The translations under genes were made by a program, and so were the position numbers. Below, piece after piece: positions 46,276 through 59,589 of a stretch of DNA of 64,000 bases (its first letter is position 1; each line of letters starts with the position of its first letter). The DNA is from the human T2T-CHM13v2.0 reference genome, Homo sapiens. The notes beneath the pieces were generated by a model. That model did no database searches, was not told the DNA's origin, and saw nothing but the letters and a program-made list of their open reading frames with translations. The stretch lies in NCBI RefSeq assembly GCF_009914755.1, contig NC_060925.1; one strand, 5' to 3'.

Positions 46276-46280
<5 letters not shown>

Positions 46281-46336
<56 letters not shown>
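46281..46336. repeat. Compound (CT)16(AT)12 microsatellite
   Basis: Directly visible. Confidence 0.95.
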
Positions 46337-46342
<6 letters not shown>

Positions 46343-46689
46343 TATATGAGATATATGAGAGATCAAGATCTATATATGTATATAAATACAATTATACACA
46401 GATAATTTTTAATACTCTTTGTTAACAAACACAGTTGAAAACTGGTTTCGGCTGCACAAATAAGCAGAATATTTGAGTAACTATATATGATATGGAGATA
46501 TTTTAATCCATTTATCCTGGCTCAAGAACACTGATAAAGATGATTTTCTGTTACTTTAGCTCATTCAGATCAGGATGGACATGCTCTTTTTGATCTATAA
46601 CTGTTCAGCCAGCTTCCAGATAATATTTTAGGCTATGAGAGCTATACAGTCTCTCTTATTACTCATTTCTGCTGTTGAAGTATCGAAAA

Positions 46690-46801
46690 CAGATAGAGAT
46701 ACTATGTAAAGAATGGGTGTAGCTATGTTCCAGGAAAACTTTATTTACAAAAGCAGATGGAGGGCTGGATTTGGTCCATGGGTCATAGTTAGTGACCCTG
46801 A
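46690..46801. mobile_element. MER58A fragment within the 3'UTR
   Basis: GAATGGGTGTAGCTATGTTCCAGGAAAACTTTATTTACAAAAGCAG...GGGTCATAGTTAGTGACCCTG. Confidence 0.7.
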
Positions 46802-48274
46802 TCCCAAGTTTATTTTGTGTTAGACCCTCTAACCTTTGATCTGCGTCTTTTCTGTTTTGATTTACATAATTCATTTTTAAATCAAAAAGATGTGCGTATA
46901 TATGGTTGTGTGTATCTGTATAACCTAAAGCTATAATATTTTGTTGTCTTGAAAGCAGATACACTCTTCCTGGAGTCTGTTCAGGTTTCAGGACGATTGA
47001 CTATAATGAAAGAGACAGAATAGGGTAAGGGAAGATGGGTATGCTATCAGCCATTTTCTTTGCCTTGTCATTTAATGCCATAATTTCAGATTCTCTATGT
47101 AAAAAGAAGGTCTGTGTATTGTCAAAATAATATACTCTCCAAGTTCTCCTGCTCATTGACCCTTGGACCAGGATTCTGGATTGCTAGAGCTGCAGAAATT
47201 CACCCACTTGGGTACTCTTAGAGCTCTACAGCAAGAATATGATAGAATGTCTGATCTTTGTGCTGCAGAAAGCAAACTTTTGAAGAATTCTAAGCAACAG
47301 AAAATGGGTTATGTGACTCATCTGCTATTTGGCAGCCACTATTCCTTTTTTAGACTGCAGAACGGTACTGCCCCTGTTACCTCTAGAATAGCCTGAGTCT
47401 GAGGAGTGCAGAGAAAAGATATATCCAAAAGGAGAATCCCTTTCTCTTGCATAACTCTCAATCCTTTACAAGTAAGTAGCATTATTTCAGAATGTCTATA
47501 TGCATCATTTTCAACTAAAGCATACCTCATCCTTAAACTTCCACTATTTAACAGCTAATCCATTTCAAACTTGGTTTGAGCCTAGCAATTGCAGAACTCA
47601 TAAAATTGCTTGTGAAATTACACACCATATTACTAGCATATACATTGCAGTGCTCCAATCATGCTAACAGATAATAGATTTTTCTTTAAGAATTTTATCA
47701 AATATTTCACTATTTGGGGAAATTTTAGAGGAGGGGAAGCCTGTATTCAGGATGATAGAGGGAGCAGAGACTTACTGTCTCTCTTCCACATTATAAATGA
47801 ACTGCCTTTCCAGGTCCAACATGCTGTCAGGTTGCTTCAGCTCGGTGTGAATGTAAGTGTGGGGATCAAACACACAAACCTATACACATACATATTAATA
47901 TGCAGAGGATTTTAAATAATTGCAAATGTCTTGTGGCTGTTTTATTTCTACAAAATTCTGTAAGATGTATACCAGAAAACATAATAAAGATAAGCTCAGT
48001 TCTTCATTGGGAAAAAATATTTTTAAAGAAAATTTAGAAGTTTTTGCTGAATTAAAGTATCTTCAATTTTAATTACTGGATTTGGAAGTTGAAATGCCAT
48101 CCTTCAATATCACTGGTCTCAAATTCATTGATAGAATTTTTTCTTAAACTAATAAGTGGGGTAAGTATAATCTCCTAAATTGGTACCCACTGGCTGCTCC
48201 TAAACTGGTTTCCAGTCATGTCCTCCAGTATGTGATTTTTATAAATTAAAGGTAATATTGTATATTAAAGTTCA

Positions 48275-48325
48275 AATAAAGATGTTCTTTAAGTGAAAAT
48301 TCTTTGTTTAGCCTTCATTTTTACC
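48275..48325 (+). terminator. Probable distal polyadenylation signal of MAN1A2
   Basis: AATAAA 48275-48280, upstream TGTA (48259) and ATTAAA copies, downstream U/GU-rich TCTTTGTTTAGCCTTCATTTTT. Confidence 0.65.
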
Positions 48326-49169
48326 CGCTGATGACAGTTCAGTTTCTTCCTATGTACAGAAGAGCAACGTTGGCTTTTACAGTAACTGGTGGTCTTCAGT
48401 CTCTCATTCAGAGAGTATTTCTTTTGGATCAGCTAATCTTTACATTCTTGATGTTATAGAAAGATGAAGAGCTTGCTTAGAGAGTCGTATTTTATTCCAA
48501 CTGATTTTGAGAAAACAAACCATAGACTTATGTGACAACCTTATAGTATTACTGTGATGTTATCTCTAAGACCTAGTCCAGTTCAGCCTCTGAGATCATT
48601 AAGCTTAAAGACTGCCTCAGTCACTGGACCTCATTCTGTCACACTAAAATCTGACCTGACCCTTCTTAAGTGATTTTTGGGCAAATATAGGCCCAAAAGC
48701 CTTCAGCAATAGTATCAGCTGGACTATAGATAGTGGTTTAGTCTGTCAATACTGTAAAAGTAAAGGATATTTAAAACCCCTTACCCGGGGAGCATCAAAT
48801 AAGGTAGTTCTAAAAACCTTCTGAAATAACAGCTAGTTTACATCCTTGATTTCTTAATTCTTCCTGGCACAGTGGATTTCAACTTGATCAAAATTTTAGA
48901 CTTAAGAAATTACATTGTGGATGTATCAAAATTAATTGCAGACATATTTTCTGGAACAACTAAAACAGGACCAGAAAAAATTAAAAAAATAAGGAGCTCT
49001 AAGTGACTATAATTTGATAAAATCTGGGCTTCTCTTTGTTTGCCAGATAACTGAAATATCCATCTTTATTTCATTGGATTGCAAAGGAACTGTCATTATG
49101 CAAATAGTGCTCAGAATGGTTCAGATAGTGAGTGAGCCTGCACCCTTACTTCTTGGTTGACCTAACAAG

Positions 49170-49381
49170 TTTCTTTTATTTTTATTGTAAAATATATCTA
49201 ACATAAAATTTGCTATTTTAACCATTTAAATGTACAATTTGATGTCATTAATAATTACATCAGCAATGTTGTGCAACATATTGCCACTACCTATTTCTAG
49301 ATTTTTCACCATTCCAAACAGAAACTCTGTAACCATTAAGCAATAACTCCCCAGTGCTCCCTTTCCTCCCCCAACTTCTGG
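49170..49381 (-). mobile_element. L1MB 3' end, interrupted by THE1 LTR
   Basis: TTTTATTGTAAAATATATCTAACATAAAATTTGCTATTTTAACCATTT...CAGAAACTCTGTAACCATTAAGCAATAACTCCCC. Confidence 0.75.
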
Positions 49382-49739
49382 TGTATTAGTCGGTTCTCAC
49401 ACTGCTAATAAAGACATACTCGAGAATGGGTAATTTATAAAGAAAAAGAAGTTTAATGGACTCACAGTTCCACATGGATGGGAAGGCCTCACATGGTAGA
49501 AGGCGAAGGAGCAAAGGCATGTCTTACATGGCAGCAGGCAAGAGAGCTTGTGTAGGGGAACTGCCCTTTATAAAACCATCAGATTTCATGAGACTTATTC
49601 ACTATCACAAGAACAGCAGGGGAAAAAGCCCACCCCCATGATTCAATTACCTCCCACCAAGTCCCTCCCACAGCATGTGGGGATTATGGGAGCTACAGTT
49701 CAAGATGAGATTCAGGTGGGGACACAGCAAACCATATTA
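49382..49739 (-). mobile_element. THE1C-like MaLR solo LTR
   Basis: TGTATTAGTCGGTTCTCACACTGCTAATAAAGACATAC...ACCATATTA; 5-bp TSD TCTGG/CCTGG. Confidence 0.9.
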
Positions 49740-50304
49740 CCTGGTAACCTTGAATCTACTTTCTAAGACAAATTTCTTAACCCTACTAAATCTCAATTTT
49801 CTTGCCTCTAAAAGAAGGATAATACAGGATTTCTAGGATAATTACATGAGAAAAATCCAGGCACCTAGCCCAAATTTAGCTTAAAGCTTTAGTTGTTTTT
49901 ACGTATTTTTGTTAGCAGATTGCAGTAATCATTTCTAAAGGAACAGAAAAAAAATAATAAGGGCAATTAAAACAGGGCAGTGAAGAGCCAATGAAACATC
50001 TAATTATACCTTCTCATTTTAGGCACAAGGAAAGTGAAACCCAAAAGGGAGGGTAAAATGAAGGCAAGTCTTCCAGTGTTATCCTTCATGGTTCTATGAA
50101 ATAAGACGTGTATTTTTGTTGTGGTTATAAAAAAAAGTTTAATATGCAAATACATCAATAATGCATGTGAACCAAGCACTTTAAAAACTATAGCAGAAGT
50201 CACTTTTTGTTGGATACACAGCAAAAATATATACAAAAAGTTAATAGCAGTTATCTTTATATCATAAGGACATAACAATTTCTTGCAATTTCCTTAACTT
50301 TTAA

Positions 50305-51600
50305 AAGAAACTTTTACTGAGGTATGATTTACATAAAATATTCCCACTCTTAAGTGTATGATTTAATGATTTTTTAGTAAGTTTATAAAACTGTACAACC
50401 ATCCCACAATACACAAAGATCCCATGTATTGATTTGCAGTCAATCTCCATTTCCATCCCAGCCACTGGTAACCACTGGTCTACTTTCTGTCTCTGTAGAT
50501 CTGCCTTTTAACTGGACATTTTATATTATGAAATCATACAGTATGTGGTCTTTTGCATCTGGCTTCTTTAACCTAGCATAATGTTTTGCATTTAAGGTTT
50601 GTCAATGCTATAGCAACTGTCAAGAGTTATTCCTTTTTACTGCTAAATGAATTTCATTGTATGGATATACCATATTTATCCATTCACTAATTGATAGACA
50701 TTTGAATTGTTTCCAGTTTTTGGTTATTATGAATGATGCTGTTAAGAATATTTGCATACAAGTCTTTGGGTGGATATATGTCTTCATTTCTCAAGTATAT
50801 ACCTAAGAGTGGAATTTCTGAGTCATATGGTAAAGTTATGTATAACTTCTCAAGAAATTACCACACTGTCTTCCATAGTACTGCTTTTACATTCTCACTA
50901 GCAATGTATGATGGCAAGGGTACCAGTTTCTCCACATCTCCACTAATACTTGTTATTGTCTTTTTATTATCTGTCTTTTTTATTATAGCCATTTTAATGG
51001 GTGTGAAGTTGTATCTCATTGTGGCTTTAATTTATGTTGCTCAAATGACTAATGGTGTTGACTGTCTGTGATAGTAGCTGTTCATGCCTTTGGTAAAATG
51101 TTTATTCCAATATTTTGCCCATTTTAAAAATTGAATTGTCTTATTGAGTTGTAAGAGTTCTTTATATATTCTATATCTATTTTCTCTAAGATTGTGGTTT
51201 GTCTTTTCAATTTTTTATTCATGTTTTTGACATGCAAAAAATTTTAATTTTAATGAAGCGCAGTTTATCAATGTTGTCTTCTATGGATTGTGCTTTCTTT
51301 CCTAATCCAAAGTCACTAAGAGTTTAGACCTAATTTTTTTTCTAAAAGTTTTATAGTTTTAGCTTTTACATTTAGGTCTATGATTCATTTTGAGTTAATT
51401 CCTCATGTATATGAAGGGTCTAACAATGTTTTGTGCATGAATACCCAGTTATCTCAGTATTTATTGAAAAGACTATCCCTTTCCTATAAATTGCTTTGGC
51501 ACCTTTGTGAAATATCAACTGACATTAATTTCTGGACTCTTAATTTTATCCCATTGATATATGTCTTTTCTTATCCCAGTATCACACTATGTGATAACTA
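50305..51600 (-). mobile_element. Old L1MB/MC 3' region
   Basis: Reverse L1 3'/ORF2 motifs (ATACCTAAGAGTGGAATTTCTGAGTCATATGGTAA, GGTCTATGATTCATTTTGAGTTAATT). Confidence 0.75.
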
Positions 51601-51609
51601 GCATTAGAG

Positions 51610-51735
51610 CAGTAGTTCTCAGCCAGGGGGTGACTTTGCCCTTCCTCCCTTCAGGGACATTTGGCAATGTCTGGAAACATTTTTGATTGTCATGACTGGG
51701 GGTAGGGGGTGATTCTGGCATCTAGTGGGGTAGAA
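51610..51735. mobile_element. MER20 fragment
   Basis: CAGTAGTTCTCAGCCAGGGGGTGACTTTGCCC...GGGACATTTGGCAATGTCTGGAAACATTTTTGATTGTCATGACTGGG. Confidence 0.85.
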
Positions 51736-51739
51736 TTCA

Positions 51740-52800
51740 GGTACTTCTTTTTCCTGAAAGTAGGCCACTGTTTCCTGTTTCTTTGCATATCTTGTAATTT
51801 TTTGTTGAAAACTGGACATTTTAGATAACATTATTGTAGAACTCTGGGTTCTGATCTCATCTCTGTGACCCAGGGAGGTGGTAGTTGTTGCAACTGCTGT
51901 TCTCTTTGTTTAGTGATTGGTGTAGACTAATTCTTTGGAGGCTCTTTTCCCCATGTTGCACAGTCATTGATGTCTTTGCTTAGTTTTGTATTTCTAAAAT
52001 CTTGTTTATATTTTTTAAGCCTGGCTTCCTAGGAGTCAGCCCTCTGTCAGTATAGTTTAGTGGTCAACAAGTGATTTGTCAGAGGTTGTACCCAAATACC
52101 TTTGACTAGGAAGGGCTTCTGCGTGTTGTCAGTGGATCCGTGTGTAAGCTGGAGAACACATTCAAAGTTTATGCAGTTTACAAGTCTTCCCAGCTTTTAC
52201 TTCACCCAAGGCCTTATGTCTAAGGTCTCACATTTAGTCAGGAATGTTCAGAGGTAGCTAGGGCTTTCTCTGGTTTCTCTTAAATTGTGCTCAACCTTGC
52301 TCTTGCGTTCATCCTTCCATGCCACCAGAGATGTGTGGCAAGTACACTATGGCTGTTTCATTCCGTGAATCTCCCTGTTAGTTTCTGGCTTGTCTGTCAA
52401 TCTCTTGCTTGCCCCAACCAGAACCTCAGGCTAACTGCACTGGCCTTTCCTGTTCATTTGCTACTGAGATTCCTTTCATTTCTAACAATGCCCAGGAGCA
52501 CGGAGTTTTTCTGCATTCTACTCCAAATCAGGTAACCCTCACAGCCTGTCCTGCCCTGATAGAGCTGCCATGCTGATGGAGCTGGAAGGGGATGAGAGCA
52601 GCTCTGGGCTAAAACATCACAGACACACTGTTCTTTCCTGGTTCAGGAGTTTTTCTTGGATAAATACTTCTCATTTTGTTGTATGCCTTTGGTCAATTTC
52701 CAGAATCCTGAATGGTTCGAGTTTTTTAATTGTCCATTTTATTCCTTTTGAGGGAAATGATTTGCTGAGCTTCTCACTCTGCCATTTGCCATTCCAGAAA
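51740..52800 (-). mobile_element. Old L1M 5' region fragment
   Basis: TTTCCTGTTTCTTTGCATATCTTGTAATTTTTTGTTGAAAACTGGACATTTTAGATAA and CTTTGGTCAATTTCCAGAATCCTGAA motifs. Confidence 0.55.
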
Positions 52801-52871
52801 TGAATAGATAGATGTGTATATAGATACCTTTATTCATATTCTTTATAAGTTCCTCTACAAATTTCAGCCTT

Positions 52872-53197
52872 TATTTTTATTTTTGAGACAGAGTTTTGTT
52901 CTTGTTGCCCAGGCTGGAGTGCAATGGCGCGATCTTGGCTCACCGCAACCTCCACCTCCCAGGTTCGAGCAATTCTGCCTCAGCCTCCTGAGTAGCTGGG
53001 ATTACAGGCATGCACCACCACAGCTGGCTAATTTTGCACTTTTAGTAGAGACAGGGTTTCTCCATGTTGGTCAGGCTGGTCTCGAACTCCCGACCTTAGG
53101 TGATCCGCCCACCTCGGCCTCCCAAAGTGCTGGGATTACCGCCCACCTCGGCCTCCCAAAGTGCTGGGATTACAGCAGTGAGGCACTGTGACCGGCC
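52872..53197 (-). mobile_element. AluSp with internal 34-bp tandem duplication
   Basis: Sp diagnostics (TTTCTCCATGTTGGTCAGG, AACTCCCGACC); TSD TTTCAGCCTT. Confidence 0.93.
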
Positions 53198-54621
53198 TAT
53201 TTTCAGCCTTCTTAAAGCTTTACTCTTCCCATCTGAAAGGCCTTTATCCAATTCCAGCAAAGCCCTACACATCTTTCCTATTCTCACAAGACTAAAAGCT
53301 TTCACAGAACCTTTCCTGATTTCCCAAACTTTGAGTGATTCTTCCATGTTTGTACATCCATAGTTAGTTCATAACTTCTACAACTCTTCACATTCTGCCT
53401 TATAATAATCATTTGTGGACATGTCTTTACCTCTTCTATTAGGTTATCAGGTGCTTAAGGATGTAGACAGTATCCTAGTCATCTTTTTATTCCTCTTGAC
53501 AACAAATTTACTGAATAAACACCCTAGTTCTCAGAGGCCGATACTCTTTCCACCAGGCCAGGCTGCCTCATTTAAGGGTGATTGTAGTCCATTACTCTTG
53601 ATTCTGAGTTTTCTATCAATAAAAGCTTTATCAAAACCATACACACTAAGAAAAGTCTACGCCTTATAAAAAAGATGGCACGTATTGCTTTCTTTTTCTG
53701 CAAATGTAGAAAATACACAGCAAACAATGATTCACAGAGTGTCGGGAGGGCCTAGTGTCAGGGATCCTTAATTAGTAAGGAATCCAAAATTGTAGTCCTT
53801 GGTCTTCCCCTGACTGGTTGTAAGGCCTTAGGCAAGTTATTCAACTTCTCTGGACCTCAGTTTATTTTCTGTAAAACGGAACTGGACTAGAACATTGGAA
53901 TGTAATTCATGAGATCATTAATATAGTTATTCCACACATTTTTTGAGCTTTCACCTACTGTTTGCCAGAAGCTTTCATAGGCTTCAAAATATATATAGAA
54001 ATCAAAATAAAATCTGTACCCTCAAACAGGACTGGCTTGCTTAATATTGTGGCTTTCAGTATTATATGGGTAGAGTACGATCCTAATCAAGCTTAACATA
54101 GATTTGGGAGGGAGGAGGATAATGAGGAAAGTAACTGACACTGGAACTGAATTTTAAGAGTTAATTGAATTTGAAAACAAGGGGAAAGGGAGCTATTTGA
54201 TAAGGCAAAGATACTTGACGAAGGGGCCAGGACTATGAGATCCAAAGCACAGGTAGGGAGATTGGCCTTGAACTTGAACAAGGACATCCATTTTACTGAG
54301 AGCTATAAGACAGCCCTCTCCTGTAGCTCTTAAAGGCCTTGAGTGGGGGTCCAACAGGGGCACCTACCAAGATCCCCAAGAGTGATTCTCCCTTTTAAAT
54401 TCAGCGTTCAGTCCTCCCCCAGTACCAAAGAGCCCATAAGATGCAAAAGTGAATGTTACTTAAAAAGAGGTTAAGGGACTCCCCTGGGAATAGCTTTCAA
54501 AAATACTTATCACTCATCAAAACTTCGAATGACTCAAAATGAATTTGGTGTGGGCTCAGCATTTTGAAGCAGTTCAGCAGTAAGAGTCTAGAAATTTTTG
54601 CCACTAGAGGGCAGTAGTATG

Positions 54622-54716
54622 TTTCTCCCCTCCCTCTCCTCCCTCTCCTCCCTCTCCTCCGTCTCCCCTCTCCCCTGTCCGCTCTCCCCTCTCTCCCTCG
54701 CCTCTCCCTCCCTCCC
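54622..54716. repeat. C/T-rich low-complexity tract with (CCCTCTCCT)n core
   Basis: Directly visible. Confidence 0.9.
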
Positions 54717-55177
54717 ATTGTTAGCTGATTGAAGCCTGGGAGGCTGGAGATACAGTGAAACACCTTGCTTAAGTTTGTCAATACACCCTGCCTCTGACTG
54801 ACGGTAGGATGCCAAGGTTCTTGGTTGTTCAGGCAAGCCTACTATACCAGCAGCCTGCTGGGGCCTCCACTGGAACCAAGTCAGTGATGAAACGTTCTAC
54901 AAACAGAAGACTAAAAAGACTTTCCCCTTTCCTTTAAAACGTGACTGCCTTCTTTTAAAGACATTGAGCTAATAGTTAAGAGTTATTAGAAGATGAAAAA
55001 TGTAATCTCGTGACAGAAGAGAATCCTAGAAAAATTCCGATTTGAACCCTATGAATAATTTTAGCTCATGTAGAACAATAGGTGTGTTGTGGAATAGTTT
55101 ATTTCCTGACATAAATTGTAGTTGTCCATAGTTGTTAGGACATAACTCTGCCTAAGTCCTTTTGAAATTATTTTTCT

Positions 55178-57300
55178 TTAAACATTTATTGAATATATAT
55201 GTACCAAAAACTGTGTGAGGCACTGGAGATCCAGAGCCAACCATGACATCGAACCTCTGGAGCCTCCAAGCCGGAAGAGGATGATGGGCAAGCCGAAGGT
55301 TATGTTTTGCTAGTAAAGGTGTGTACCAAATGCCACTAGAGTGTAGAAGGAAGATGAGTCAGGGAACAGGGGAAGTGAGTTTACCTAATTAAGGGTGAGG
55401 TTTGGGGGCTGGAATTGAACCTTTTGAAGTAGGGAAGAGCTACGTGGTGATGAAGAGAGAGTGGTGAGAAATTTGTAACTTGAGCTTTCAGAGAGGAATT
55501 ACCCATTTGAAATTTGAGCAATGAGAAATTTGTAGGTTGTGATAGGAGTCTAGCTGCAACAAATGAGGGAAAGACATTCTAGGAAAAGGAGTCATTGACG
55601 CACGAAGGCAAGGAGGGCACTGCAGTTTACAGCACCCAGTCCTTCTGGGCAGGGCTGCCAAAGGGTTACCACAATGCACGACCCATTCAAAGAAGAGCAA
55701 GAGGCTGGAGCAGAATGAGCTAGGGGAAGGTAGAAGAGGAGACCAGCAAAGTAACAGGGTCCCATCTTGGAAGACCCTGTGTAGTCCCTTGTCAAGAGTT
55801 TGACTTTTGGCCAGGCGCAGTGGCTCACGCCTGTAATCCCAGCACTTTGGAGGCTGAGTGGGAGGATCACTTGAGCCCAGCAGTTCAAGAACAGCCTGGG
55901 CAACACGACAAAACCCTGTCACTACTAAAACTACAAAAAAATTAGCCAGGTGTAATGCACACCTGGAGTCTCAGCTACTGGGGAGGCTGAGGTGGGAGAA
56001 GCCTGGGAGGTCAAGGCTGTAGTGAGCCTTGATCGTGCCACTGCACTCCAGCCTGGGCGACAGAGTGAGACCCTGTCTCAGAAAAAAAAATTTTTGACTT
56101 TTACACCAAGTAAAATAGAAGCCCCAGGAGACTGAGCACAGTTGTGACATGATCTGCTCTGTTTTCAAAGGGTCACTCTGGCTTCTGTGTGGAAAACAGA
56201 TGGTAGGGGAGCCATGATGGGAGAAGGGACACCAGTTTGGAGGCTACTGAAATAATTCAGGTGAGGAATGCTGGTGACTCAGACCAGTGATGAGGGAGAA
56301 CAACTATGGTCTATATTTTGAAGGTAAAGTTGACGCAATTGATTATGGGCATGAAAAAGAAAAGGTTTGACTCCAGTGTGTTTGATCTGAGCTATTGGAA
56401 GAATGCAGTGACCATTTTTGAATGGAGAAGATTAAGATCTAGGAGGGGTGCAATGATGAATTTGTTCTTGAACATGTTAAATTTTCATTTCTTATTAAAC
56501 ATCTGCCTGTTTACTGAGAGTAAGTAGTTAACTATGTGAACCTGGAATTCAGGAGAGGTCTGGGCTGGAGATACAAATTTGGACATTTGTCAAGGTATAT
56601 ATAGCCTGTAGACTTGAGATCCCTTAGGGTAAGCCACTTAGAGGTTGAGAAAAGAAATCACCCAAGGGCTGAGCCCTGAGGCCATCCAGTGTTTAGAGGT
56701 CTGTGGGATAAGAAGGGAGCAGAGAAGACCAGAGAGAGCCAAGGGACTCGGGGGGAAACCCCAGAAACCAAGGAGAAGGGAGTGAGCCACTGATGGATTA
56801 AGTAAAATGAGTCCTGAGAATTGGATTGGGTTTGGCAACATGGTGATGATTGGTGATCTTGACAAAAACTGTTCTGTAGAATAAGGGGGCAGAAGCCAGC
56901 TCAGAGGAAGTTCAAGAGGAAATGGAAGAAGAGGTAGAGACAATGAGTGTAAACAACCCTTTATAGGAGTTTCACTTGCGATGAGGAGCATAAAAACAGG
57001 TGGTAGCCAGGCATTAGAGATAGAGGATCAAGAAGAGATTTTCTTTTGGAGGGCAATATTACAATCTGTTTCTATTCTGATGGGAATACTCCCTCAGAGA
57101 GGAAAAGTTTGGTATTGCAGGAGAGAGGATAATTGCAGGAACCATGTCCTTAGGTAGGCGGTAGGCGTGGCCTCGCCGGAGTGTTTGGACAGTTCCCTCA
57201 TTGTAACCGGAGGGAGGCTGAGCACCGGGAAGAGAAGCAGGTAGTACGAGGAGCAGCACAGGGGAGTCCTCTTCTGATTGCTTCTATTTTCTCAACGAAA
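55178..57300 (-). mobile_element. L2 remnant, interrupted by AluJ
   Basis: AACATTTATTGAAT...GGCACTGGAGAT end and L2 body motifs (GGAGGCTACTGAAATAATTCAGGTGAG, TGGAATTCAGGAGAGGTCTGGGCTGGAGATA). Confidence 0.6.
55809..56090 (+). mobile_element. AluJ
   Basis: GGAGGATCACTTGAGCCCAG, GGTCAAGGCTGTAGTGAG, GAGACCCTGTCTC; TSD TTTGACTTTT. Confidence 0.9.
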
Positions 57301-57479
57301 TAGGAAGTAAGATTATTAAGAGTGGGAATAGGGGAGAAGATGTCGGCATTTAAGGCAAAAGAACTTGAGAAAAAGGATAAGAAATAGTTTTATAGGAAAG
57401 TGGCAGTCTGAAGGATAGGGAAACTGCCTGTTTTATTTTCTGTCAAACTGGACTAATAATGTTACCTGTGGACTCTCTA

Positions 57480-57875
<396 letters not shown>

Positions 57876-58294
57876 TTAAAAGCATTGAAGAACCAAAAGC
57901 CTAGTGAAGGATGACCAGACCAAAATCTAGGAGGAATGAACCCAAAGAAGTAAACTGCCCAGCATTCCAGGCTACCTTGACCTGAAGGCGTTTGTTAATA
58001 AGGAAGAAACATCCAGGACACTGAGTTCCTCAACTGTGCCTGGAGGGGAGCATCGAAATCAGCCACCCACCTGCACTCCCAGTCCTTTTAGGCTCACCTT
58101 CAATTCATATGTCTATGGGATGCTCTAGGAAGAGGAACAAGGCAGAGCCTCTGCCTTATAATCTGCTGGGTTTGAGGAAGGAGAAGCCAGGCAGTTGTCC
58201 CTGGAGATTGGGTTGTTTGTTTTATCTTATCCGCCTTAGGAAGCAGAAAGCAGTATGGTAAAAGGAGAGGACCCCCGATGAGGAAGGAAAAGAA

Positions 58295-58577
58295 GGCTGT
58301 GTATGGTAGCTCACGCCTGTAACTCAGCACTTCAGGAGGCTGTGGTGGGAGGACTGCTTGAGGCCAGGAGTTTGAGACCAGCCTGGACAACATAGTGAGA
58401 CCCTGATTCTACAAAAAATAATAAATTAGCCAAGCGTGGTGGCTCACACCTATAGTCCTAGCTACTCCGAAGGCCGAGGCAGGAGAATTGCTTGAGCTAT
58501 AACTTCAGCTGCAGTGAGCTATGATCATGCCTCTGCACTCCAGCCTAGGCAACAGACTGAGACCTTGTCTCTAAAAA
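58295..58577 (+). mobile_element. AluJ (Jo/Jr-like)
   Basis: GGAGGACTGCTTGAGGCCAGGAGTTTGAGACC, GCTGCAGTGAGCTATGATC. Confidence 0.9.
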
Positions 58578-59589
58578 TGAAGAAGATAGACGCAGAATGG
58601 GAGCAGCAGTAGGGTCGTTCAGGGATTCTTCATGCAGAACTCCAACCACAGCACGGTTCTGCTAACTTCTGGGAGCAGGGAGCTACAGAGAGCAGCAGTC
58701 CCCACCTAGCACCCCAAGATCGTATATGCGATACTGCACTTCAGAGGTCCCCTGTCCTCACAGGGAGGTATCAGCTTAGCCCCTCCACATTGTTCTAGCC
58801 TCATCACCCACCACTTCCTGCTTCCCAGCTCACACTGTTCCAGCACCAAAATGGGTAGGTGGCTCAATTGGCTGATGGGGAAGAGAAATAGACTGGGCCA
58901 CGGGAGCCAGAGGGACAAAGAATGTACACATGTGGGGTGTACATGCAAATGGAGAAGGGGGAAGATGTGAAGCTGGCATTGTTTGTAAGAGTGCAAGGAT
59001 CTATGGGTACATGTGTCACTGTGTGACCAGTGAGAGGGGTTATATATCATAGGGGTTACTGTCTGGGTGGCCCCTAGCCCTCTCTGCTGGAGTCCCACCC
59101 CACTTGACTATGCAGCCAAGCTAACATAATGGAGACCAGCAGAAAGCCCTGCACTCCTGGGCTTAGCAAAAGGCACTTCAGGTGAGAAAGAGCAGCCAGC
59201 TGAGCCCTGTAGGGCCAAAGCATCACCCACCTCCTATTCCCAGTCAAGGCAGGCGGCATCACTGAGGAGACAGCCTGCTGAGGCTTTGGACTGTCAGTGT
59301 TCTTCAGGGCAAGGAGCAAAAACCAACTCTGGCTACTTACATAAAAGGTGTTTATGGAAGGATATATGGAGGTTCAGATAGTCTGCAGAAAGTCAGAGGC
59401 CTAGGCTTGAAGAATAGGCAGACAGCAGGGGTTTTAGAGGCCAGGCCACAGAAACCCCTGGACAGGGGCCACTTCCAGACAGCCCCATTGCTGGACCACC
59501 CCAGACCTGTTCTTAGTGTCCCCTTGCTTTACAGCCTCATGTAAGCTTTGAAGTTTGTGTTTAGGTGAACAGTGTCTGTTGCATATTCA

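Larger units (their letters stand above)
42397..48300 (+). other. MAN1A2: MAN1A2 3'UTR (long form; end approximate)
   Basis: Repeat-poor AT-rich tract after the stop codon with multiple AATAAA; interspersed repeats become dense again after ~49100. Confidence 0.7.

Noticed and set aside
52814-53363. Overlapping 83-125 aa ORFs (likewise 7643, 12855, 55488, 57477, 58100)
   Set aside because: Typical Alu-derived pseudo-translations
54497-54836. Arg/Gly/Glu-rich ORFs
   Set aside because: Translation of a low-complexity purine tract
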